DNA from: Trichoplax sp. H2
Lineage: Eukaryota
Direction: 5' to 3'
DNA length: 64,000 bases
Assembly (NCBI GenBank): GCA_003344405.1
Contig: NOWV01000023.1
Location: 372,001 to 436,000, forward strand
Part shown: one piece after another, positions 27,001-37,338 of the stretch
Position numbering within the stretch: position 1 is the stretch's first letter
Layout: each line of letters begins with the position of its first letter
Notes under the pieces: generated by a model
What the model was told of the DNA's origin: nothing
The model's database searches: none
What the model saw: only the letters and a program-made list of their open reading frames with translations
Translations under genes and position numbers: made by a program

Positions 27001-29854
27001 TTTCTGAAATCGAATATGAAGAATTGAGCTAATTTTTGATTCTATGTTCACGACCATTTTTATCCTTGGGTTTATTTAGTTCCATGGCTACTGATGATGA
27101 TGAAAGTCCACTGAATAGCAACATGAATAGCTTAGTAACTAGTGTAAATGGTTCAATGGAAAGCTTACAGGAAGAAGATTCAGCTTCTATTCGGCAAAAT
27201 AATAGAACATGGAGTTGTCCAGACGAGGCTAGAATATCCCCAGTGGAAGAAAGATCTAAGTCAGTAGAGAACTTATCACTTGGGAAAGGTAGCCCTCAAA
27301 GTTATCATGAAAGCAATACCAATATAGCAAGTTCAACTGGAAGTTGTGACACTGTTTATCATAAGCATCCTTTAGAGATTAGTCATGATAATGAAGAGTT
27401 GGATGCAAAACAAAATAGTTCTGACGAAGAAAAGAGTTTACAAAAGCAAGACAGGGTCTCGAGCCAAATGGATGTGTCTAACACTAGTAGTCAATCACAA
27501 AATAGTGCTAAAGAAGATATACCGCAAACTAACGAAGACCCTAAGCCTGAAATTGAGGTGGATAAAAGTAAGACTGAGAATAATAGAGGCATTAAAGAAA
27601 GACGAAAGCAAATGTTGTCTTCTACTACGAGTGATGATGAAGTTTGGACAGAAATGACAGAAATCAAGAAAGTGGCAGTAGCACAAGGTCAACATGATGG
27701 AGGTTCTTTACCAGATATTCATTTTCCTCAGCCGATAGAAGATGTAAGCATCAGTATATTCTATACAAATAGAAAATATCAATTCTATAGATAAATATTT
27801 ACGTAAGGTCTCTATTAAATATCATTGCTATTTAGCGCTAATCGATATTCCATTATTTAAATATAGTTGCAAGAAACGCAATATATGCTATTGAAGAAAA
27901 AAGAATACAAAATTGTCTTTGTTGGTGATTCCGGTGTTGGAAAATCTAGTTTTGTTCAATGTTTTTGCACCGATCAATTTAATAGTAGTTATAGCGCTAC
28001 TATTGCTATCGATTTTCAAGTTAAGAATTTAATCATTAATGGAATGGAAATTATGCTTCAATTGTGGGATACAGCAGGGCACGAAAGGTAAGATAATTGT
28101 TTTACTTACAAATTTTCATTGACAAGGTAAAACAGTCTGAAGGCTCATTCGCCTTTTGCTATTCGCTAGATATCAATAATGCCTCTATCTTATACAATTG
28201 AGATTTTCCCTTTTACTAGTGATTTAAAAACGCAATGAGAATAAATTGCTATTTAGTTACGACAAAACTAGATTTAAATCGCTGATTTTAAGATCTTGCA
28301 ATAGTGCTTCTAATATGATATATTTGAGTTTTTTTTGCTTTTATCTTTTATTTAAAAAATAGAATGAGAATAGATTATTACTTAGTTTAGGTAAAAGTAG
28401 ATTTAAATAGCTGATTTTAAGATTTTACAATAATGCTCTAATATGATGTATTTGAGATTTTTGCTTTATCAATTATTAATAAAAAAATAAATAGAATGAG
28501 AATAAACTATTATTTAATTTTGGCAAAACTACATTTAAATCACTGATATTTAAGATTTTAAAGTAAAATAGTTGACGAAATTAATTCTTAATTACTATCT
28601 GCTATATCTTTAAATAATGTCAATATAATAGGAATTATTATTTAAATTTGGTCCAGCTAGATTTAAATTGCTTATTTTTAAGATTTGTAGTAAAATATTC
28701 TGCGAGATTATTTCGTCATTATTGTCTAATCAATGTATAAATAGCTAAAATAGCAGAAGAGTAAATTATTATCCACTATGGTAGAACTAGGTTTAGAAAT
28801 TGCTGATATTATAGATTTTGAAATAATTAATTTTAAGTTGTTGAATATTTTATAAGATTATTTCGCTATTTTCGTCTACAATATTGATATTTAATATATC
28901 TAGTAATACTTTTTAATTCAGCTGATGTTTAAAAACGAGAATTAATACGTTATTGTTTAAGATTAATCATACCTAATTTTTTATTGTTGTCGTGAATACT
29001 TCTGTAGATTTCGAAGTTTAACCAAATCATATTTTCGAAAAGCGGATGGAATTGTCATGGTGTATGATTTAAGTAATCCATTATCATATGCCAGCCTACG
29101 AGAATGGATGTTTAGCGTTGAAGTAAGAAGTTTTACTTGATAAAGATTGCAATTCAATAATTTATGTAGTTTTTGCAAGTAATTGAGCTATCGTATTAAA
29201 TAAAACGATATAAGGAAATTTTTTTGCTTAATTTTCATCCATTGCTTGTTGCTTATTTAAATTAATTAAAAATTGAATGTGGAAATATCAGTGTATTGAA
29301 TATTTTTGTTATTTATCTAACGATACCACAGGATGGTAAAGAAGACTATGCAACGGTCATGATTATAGGAAATAAAGCAGATTTAGCCGATAAAAATCGA
29401 CGAGTTCAGTATAAAGATGGAATTAAATTAGCTAAAGTAAGGATCATGATTTATTTATATCTGAAATGAATTATAAGCAGAAAATCAACTATAAAATATA
29501 CAAAAACGAATTCTGCCTTTGGTCAAATTTGTAAATTTTGATAGGTTATTAATTCGAGCAATGGTATGTTGTTTTCTCTTCTAGGACAACGATGCTCTTT
29601 TCACCGAGACTAGTGCTAAGGGCGCCTATAACCTACATGAAGCTATGGTTGCTTTAACGACGGTTATCATGCATAAAAATCAAGAGACTCGGTTACCTAA
29701 GTTTATTCGAAAGAGCTCTAGTAATGGCAGTGGTAGAAATTTAATAAGAAGAAGTGTAACAAGTCGTAGTTATTCAGAATCATCCACATTCCATCTTTCA
29801 CCTGAGACGAATTCACATGAGTTTGTCAAGAAAAAGTGTTGCGCAAGTAATTAA
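18082..29854 (+). CDS. CRACR2A: Large Rab GTPase with N-terminal EF-hand pair, coiled coil, Ser/acidic linker and C-terminal Rab domain (CRACR2A/Rab46-Rab44-RASEF family, most like CRACR2A)
   Basis: Exons 18082-18590, 23186-23332, 24020-24110, 24288-24383, 24876-24947, 25057-25172, 25299-25370, 25897-25984, 26069-26152, 26300-26382, 27080-27743, 27867-28087, 29008-29122, 29332-29436 and 29585-29854, all phase-consistent. EF loops DPDNQGYITLDD and DKDGQGYLTMEA; coil motifs LFDEMEIQIIKERE and EMNQKLRDDKD; G motifs GDSGVGKS, WDTAGHE, GNKAD and ETSAK; C-terminal CCASN prenylation motif. The family is secure, the exact orthologue less so. Confidence 0.85.
24400..24629. repeat. Two-copy tandem duplication of about 118 bp (intronic)
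   Basis: gatacccgt...gagatagaatcttag.aatagc.attaaac.tatatc.gaatcatatc...ttgtaaact occurs at about 24400 and 24518. Confidence 0.8.
26623..27045. repeat. Diverged intronic minisatellite, about 6 copies of 70-77 bp
   Basis: Recurring aatttcgc.ttct.agatcgaat..cataaattg.gctagtttatgatt.tat...catatg.ttttactta. Confidence 0.8.
28230..28880. repeat. Diverged intronic tandem repeat, about 5 copies of 125-135 bp
   Basis: Recurring atgagaata.att..tatttagtt..g.caaaactagatttaaat.gctgattttaagatttt blocks in the intron that splits the Rab domain. Confidence 0.75.
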
Positions 29855-31844
29855 AATACAGATGAGATAATACTCAATTTTAATATTTATCGAAAAGAAT
29901 TATAAAGATTAATTATCATTATCTAAAGTTATTTTATATCAGGATCTTTCTGAATTTGTTTGCAATGAGTTAAGTTGATGTCTAATCTTAAGAAAAACGG
30001 TAGTTGCAAACTTAAATTTGCAATGACACATCTATCCATATCGCCTGCTATACGATTTGATTTTTCAAATTTTACAAGACAATTTATCGACAAGTTGTTA
30101 TCGCATCATATATCATTCACTTTAGTACATAGTTAGATTAAGTTTTAAGATGCAATGAATTAAGAGTGGCTTGCTTCAGCTCTGACCTATGTTACGGTAT
30201 GATTATTTTACAGCAAATTTACCTATCATGATTACAAAAAGATATTTTATAATATTAGTCTAGTGGCCATAATTATGGGTTATGAACTAATTTATTTCTT
30301 TTAATCTTGACAAAGAAAGATTATTGACATAGTAAGCAAGCAATTCCAGTATCACTAAATTCCAATGTAGCTTATTTATTTTGAACGGCAAACTATAGTT
30401 TTACTGTTTGTTGTGTTTTGCTCTTTTTTGGACTTTGTTTATCCTATATATTTCTAATTAATGATAATAATTTATTAAATATGGTAATCATCAATAATAA
30501 TCGATAGTTAACCGTATTTACACCGTACTGACAGAATGAAATTCTAGATAGTGCTTTCCTCATTAAGTATTGATGAAGCCATGCAAAGAATGAAATGAAA
30601 ATACCCCACTTTTCTTATCAATTGCCTATATCTTTTACGCTCTTCTTACAGAGTTATCAATTTCTTTCCTTATGCAACAAATGTTAGCAAATTCTCATAT
30701 GATATTCATAATAAGAGTGGCTTGCATTTTTTTTCATGAGTAGATCTCCATAATCATTTGTGTTAGCGCTATAACTATTCCGTATGGAAAATGATAATGG
30801 TACTTCTTTTATTATAGTCAAGAAATAGCAATAAAAATACAATCATGATAAAATGGATTAATTTACAGAGCTAGACTGATTGAGGTTTTGCTACATCCAT
30901 AATATGCATTGATTGAACTAGAAAATTATTATGTGTACTCCTGCATCGAGTACAAATGACCTCTATGGTTGATATTTAAAATCATTTTATGACATAACAA
31001 TGATTTATAAACTTCTATTTTAAATCAAATTGGAAATGGGTATACGTTTTGTTTGCTAGGTTTGATGAAGCATGTGCAAGTATAATACTGTTAGGACGCG
31101 TTTGATTGTGTCAATAGGTATAGCAGTATACTAGGATAGTTAGTTCGAGACTGAATGGTTTAAGTAGATGTAAAGGGAGCACAGTACCTCTAGGTATATC
31201 GTGATGGATAAAAGGGTAATACGAGCAACACATGCTGGATCAGTAGTTTATCCCAGAACTACCCTAGGAATTAAGCAGAAAGAGACTGGAGTATTCTTAA
31301 GTTACTTACGCTACAGTAAGAGGCAGTTAAGTTATTATTACAGTAGTCGAAAATTATATTAAATACTTAAGACGATTCATACAACCATCTTGAATTCATA
31401 ACAGACCTAATGCAAAATTATCGTGGCAGAAAGCTGGTTATTAAACAAATACTTTACAACAGCAAATTGTAATCTTTTAAAGATTTATTGACATCGATTA
31501 TCTGTAATGCTAATAAAGATCATGATATCTGCGACAGAAACATGTTACTAACAGAAATAGCTACTTTACCGGTGTCCTTATTAATATTTTATAATATTTA
31601 AAATAGTGCAACGCTAAAAACAGCCTATTAATTCAATTAATGTCAATATAGCCCACCACGTTTTAAGCAATCTTTTGACTGATTGTTTCTATAATAGTAG
31701 CATTAGTTTATATAGAGAAATCAATCGAAGTTGTCATTTTTCATGCCCATCAATTTCGAGATTATACACCCAATTAATTTTGACTTTGATTTATTATTAA
31801 GTAGTCATGCTTTGAAAGGTTAGGGCGTTGTAATATGTGAATCC

Positions 31845-34800
31845 TTATGAAATGACACCCAGTTGTTTTCCAACTTCTATAAAGGCATCGCTGCACTTGT
31901 CAATATCCTCTGCTGAATGGGCTGCTGAAACTTGCACACGAATGCGTGCTTTGCCTATTACATACATAAGTAAGGTATAAACAGAAACCACGGAAATTGT
32001 ATAAAATACGTAAATACAATAACTCAAGGCGAAAAGAAGTAGAGGTGTAGAAAATACAACTGTATAATTTTTTAACTTTAGCAATTTTGCTATTACCTTT
32101 GGGAACAACGGGAAAGCTAAATCCAATGACATATATACCTTTTTCTGCAATTATGAAACAAGACTAATCAGTATTATTGTAAAAGTATACACCCTGTTGG
32201 CGTATAATTACAATTAGGCAATTACCAAGCATAGCATTTGCAAATTGGCTAGCTAAGCGTGCATCTCCTAACATCACAGGACAAATGGGATGGCTATCTC
32301 CCTACAACAATATAATCGTTTACGTATGAGATGGTTATAATCTAGACAAAAGATAGCAAGAAGTAATATTTGCTTTACAATTATGTTAAAGCCCGCTGCT
32401 TTCATTTTTGTTCTGAATCGTAGAGTGTTTTCCTGTAATTTTTGGGTTAGTTCTGAAGTGTCCATTAAAAGATCGAATACTTTACTCGCAGAGGCAACTA
32501 CTGGTGGGGGTAGTGAATTTGAGAACAAATAAGGGCGAGAGCGCTGACGTAGCAAAGCCACAAGAGACTCAGATCCGCATGTATATCCACCTAGCCCGAA
32601 GAAGAAATCATTTAAAACAGTGCTAGTTATGCCCGTGAGATGGATCATATTCATTCGGTAGATTACCTGCAGCACCTCCTAAGGCTTTACCGAGGGTAGA
32701 ATTGATAATATCAACACGTCCTACAACATCAAGGAATTCTTCGGTTCCTCTAGATACATACATAATGCCATTTTTAATTCAAGAAATTAACTCTCGTTCA
32801 TATGTAAAGGGAAAGTATTAGCGTACCGTCCTGTCTTTCCTAAGAATCCTGTCGCATGGCATTCATCAATGAATACTAATGCACCGTATTTATCAGCCAA
32901 ATCACAAATTTCTCTTTATATGTATTTAACACATACTCAGAGTAAGTTTAATCAATTAAATTAAATTTAAGGTCAATGAAATACGTATTAACGGTAATTT
33001 CTAATTTTTGAGTCAATAGAAGTGTATATAACGTCTATTGCCGTTAAATTAGAGGCTAAAAGTGAATTTATACGCTACCTTAAAGGCGCAATGCTACCAT
33101 CCATGCTGAATACTCCATCTGTCACTATTAACTTTGTAGGTGAATCTTTCGCTTCGGCAAGTTTGCTTTCAAGATCTGATTTAAAAATTTAGCCTTCGTT
33201 ATTAACAGGTGCTAATTAGGTAGTTTGTCAGTAACCAAAAAACTAAATTTTACTTAGGTACAAGATGGGCAGCTTATAGCATAAGTGATAGATAATCCTT
33301 TTTAATATGTAGTGTTGATAGAATTCGTAGCCGAACCTTGTAAATTTCTGTGCTTATAGCGAAATTTGCGCGCCTTGCAGAGACGTATACCATCAATTAT
33401 TGAAGCATGATTTAATTCGTCGCTTAATACGGCGTCTTCTTCACTTAAGATACATTCAAATATTCCAGCATTAGCATCAAAACAACTAGCGTATAGGATT
33501 GCTGCTTCTCTTGCGTGAAATTTTGCAATTTTGTTTTCTAAACCAATATGGATGTCCTAAAAATATACTCGTATAGTGTTACCAACATGGATTAATGACA
33601 ATAATGGCATATTTAGTGATTTTTGGATGAAAAGGAATGTATGAGGAAGGTTGCTGTTCGGATATTTAAAACTAAAGTAATTAGGCATATCGGAGTACTA
33701 TTTATTACCTGAGTGCCACAAATAAACCGAACCGAACTAAGACCAGCACCATAATCATCTAAAGCGTTCTTGGCAGCGCTAATAATTAGTGGATGAGACT
33801 AAAATTGTAGTAAGATGAATATGGTTATTATTATACATGATACCGTAACGTATGATTAGAAAGAATGCACACATGGCAATACGGCAGAGATTATCAGTTA
33901 CTACTATCAATAAATACTTTATACATGGACAACTTTGTGACTATCATTTACATCCGATGTATGAGTATATGGACAATCAATAATTTTCCCATAGCACAAA
34001 GAATTAAAAATTTTCTTATGATGAGTTTTTCTAAATAACAAGGCATTTACCGAGAGACCAAGGTAATTATTAGCACAAAAGTTAAGAATGTTATCTGTTC
34101 TACTTTCAACTGCAATTGCTGCGGCTTGTGGTGTAGTGATGACCCTTTCGTCTTTCCAAGTACCTGCTTGTCTGATTTCTTCTAACTTTGCTTTCGTTGT
34201 TACGTTAAAAGCAGAAGCTGCTGCTGAATAGAATCTGTAAATAATAGCAAATAGTTACTCCTGAAATCAGTCCATTAAGTGAAACTCATCACCAATACAA
34301 TGTAAACAGGTAGGGAAGAAGATAAAATTCGATTGATACACGTAAGTACATTGCATTTTACCTTGAATTGACAGTCGATTTAGACGTTAGTAAGTGGGCG
34401 GTGCGGTTAGCATTGCCTATTATGCAATATACAGTATGATAATTTCAAAGTCAGTTGGAATGATGAGAAGAATTATTCATTTCAATTTGTTACAGTTAAT
34501 ACTTTGATAGTAAAGTATCGCTTTTATCGAGTATTGTAGATGAGTATAGTTTGCATAAACTATATTCATAAAATTACTTTAGAAATGCACATTTCAAAAA
34601 TGTTTAGGCTAAGTAATACAGTATGATTTTAACGTATTACTTGTAAGAAAAAGTTCAGTCATAATTAGCTAGTTTGAGTTGGTAAATAGATAAGGTTACT
34701 GGGATACTTAACGTTATCCTGTATCATCTAAAATCCAAGATATTATACGCGTATGATATGCATAAGTAGGTATGTTTATTGCCTTAAGGGTAATATCAAC

Positions 34801-35873
34801 GTATCAAGTACAGTACTGACGAGTCCAAAATATACAAATGTCTCAATCTGGATTAAATCTAGTTGATGGCTAATGGTAGGCATTGATGAGCTATTAGCGA
34901 ATGATGAATTGATCCAACGAAGGTAAAGATTATCAGTGGTGCCTAGTACGACTATGTTACGAAATGAGATTTTCGTAAGTTATGTTGATACAGTTTCTAT
35001 ATTATAAGCTAACTGCAGCTTTAACTTCTTCTGCTTGACTATACGAGTATAGTTGCATAGTCACTTATGGTAACATAAATAAATAAACCATTATAGGGGA
35101 GAAAAACTATCAAGTTTAGCGACAATCAGAGTATTGATTGTAGACTTTTCTTCTTTCAGCTGATTTCTAATAACGATACCTATCTATTACACAGTAGTAT
35201 AGTATGCCTGGATTCCTAATATGAATAAATTCATGGATCAATCCATCTATCAAGAGGTATTCCTACAAGGAGTCTAAAGGCCATTTTGTCACTTGGTGGT
35301 TATCTCATTGTCGCATACCAGAGGGCACTTTCATCTTGCCACCATTAAACGTGATTGAATTCCATCAGATACAACTAAGGGTCCAATTCGTTGAAAACAA
35401 TCACTTATAACAGGTAACAAAGAGGTGTACCAAGATATATCTCGGATGGATTGATGATTTGTACATGGGCATCAAGGTTATCCCGTGGTATTTACCAGAA
35501 TTATTTTCTTGAACAGTAGTAGTTGTAAGAACAAATTGCCACTATTTATTTTTATTTGTATCGATCGTTCTGGAATAGTTTAATATGGCTATGTTATAAT
35601 TTAGAAAACTAATTGTGACCGAATAAAATGTGGCGTTCTAGCCATCATTTCTACATAAACTAGCGTAATAATATCAAAGTTATCTAATTTGATGGAATAG
35701 TGCTAGGAGCATGGCCAGTAGCCATTGCTTGGCAGCCTATTTTGTCCAGTATAATTGTATAGGAAGCGATTCAATTGAAAATCATTGCTTGTAAAGTATG
35801 ACCAATGCAAACAGAGACATGGCCATTGCTGATAGATAGACTTACGCAATAATGTTGAGGTTATTGGCATCAT
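31845..35873 (-). CDS. GCAT: 2-amino-3-ketobutyrate CoA ligase (glycine C-acetyltransferase), mitochondrial, 12 coding exons
   Basis: Exons 35846-35873, 34362-34416, 34051-34234, 33709-33798, 33337-33556, 33079-33175, 32827-32913, 32667-32749, 32379-32590, 32226-32301, 32097-32144 and 31845-31954. Motifs [50 protein letters not shown]-lysine [18 protein letters not shown] and [11 protein letters not shown]. The two small 5' exons are predicted from phase and give an Arg/Ser/Thr-rich, acid-free presequence. Confidence 0.93.
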
Positions 35874-37338
35874 TTTTCCCAATAGAGTTGCTCAATCTGT
35901 CTTAGGCTTGTTGAGGAATGGGAGAAGATGGGATGCAGCAGCAAAGCTTAAAACTATCCCTACCGAGGGCTTGGTAGCCAAGGGCGCATTTGATTGGCTA
36001 CTGACCACAACAAAGACGCCAGCTATACTGTAGACAGTATCGTGTTTTATGGGCGATCCGAGCATTACTGTGTTAGTATGGACAGCGTCGATCTGACAAT
36101 GGTGATCCAAGCAACAGGTACCCAAACGGTACTGGTTAGGTCCCAATACCTTATACGGTACATTATCGTTTCGACACTTAACATGGATTTCACTGCCGTT
36201 TAAGCGCTGTATGGTACCGTAGACTAGATTCTGCAGCGTATACTAGAGCCTACAATATAAATGGAGATATCCAGACGGTCGAATTGACTGATTTCTTCTT
36301 ATTAAAGCAATTATTAAATCTTATTATCTGTTACTCAAGTACTGCTTGGAAACAGCTATATAAGATCGTCAAAGCTTATTTCAATTCATACTAGAGATTT
36401 AGAAAAGAGACATGGAAGAACCATAACACAGTATCGTAGTCATTTTTGCCATCCTTGGCAATGTCCGTCCATCGGAGGGAATAATTATATAATCAGTCTA
36501 GGTTAATGGCTGGGCGGCATACTGCTGTTTCAATATAACACTTGGAATTTTATGGGTTTTTGAATAGCTTTTTGTAGAGGATAAATACTCTGCTTGAACA
36601 TCATATTGTCAACAGGATAAAGAAGACTTTTCATTCTGCTATCCGTCCTCAGCTATGCCATACATCTACTCTACCACTTGGGCAAAATTTCAGACAGACA
36701 GACTTTCTGACTCAATCAGGCCATTCATATCGAAAATAACTACTTACTATACTGTACTATCGATCTTCCGTGTCCCTTTTTCCAAATCATGGGTACAAAT
36801 TTAAATGTCGTTGACGATCTTATAGAAGTGTTTTCAAGCAGAATTTAGTCTCGGATAATAAGATTCAACACGTAATATCGCTTAATTTAGAAAAAAATCA
36901 TTCCATTTCAGATCGTCCGTCTGCATACTAAAGTACTCTCATAACCAAGTGTTTGAAACAATACTTGGACGAGATGAGGCTGAAAAGGTCTGTCCGTCCA
37001 AGAGTGATCAGTCTGGCATCGACTGCTAATACTGTACTCTATGATAGCACTCTTTCATGGCATACAGTAACTATACTGTATACTGTACTGTAACTTACAG
37101 TGGTAGAGGCTGAAAAGGTCTGTCCGTCCAAGAGTGATCAGTCTGGCATCGACTACTAATACTGTACTCTACAGTATGATAGCACTCTTTATACTGTATA
37201 CTGTACTGTAACTTACAGTGGTACAGACACGTTGCTAGCCTAGACAATCGGTCGACAACTAAATGGCAGATTAGGATTAGCAGGCTATCGAAGGTTAGCA
37301 TTGATTTTCTACTAGTATTAGACAGCAAAGTTGGACGA
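35874..37338. promoter_or_regulatory. Probable bidirectional promoter and 5' UTR region between divergent GCAT and CMTR1
   Basis: Predicted start codons face away from each other about 1.5 kb apart. No TSS can be located from sequence alone. Confidence 0.5.
36976..37223. repeat. Recent two-copy tandem duplication (about 120-130 bp) in the GCAT/CMTR1 intergenic region
   Basis: gaggctgaaaaggtctgtccgtccaagagtgatcagtctggcatcgact...gtaacttacagtggta occurs at 36976 and 37106. Confidence 0.9.

Noticed and set aside
27385..27695. Overlapping alternative-frame and antisense ORFs within the large Rab linker exon
   Set aside because: Shadows of the real exon 27080-27743, with no independent motifs.
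35892..36203. Overlapping ORFs just upstream of GCAT
   Set aside because: They lie in the GC-richer promoter/UTR region and show no recognisable homology.
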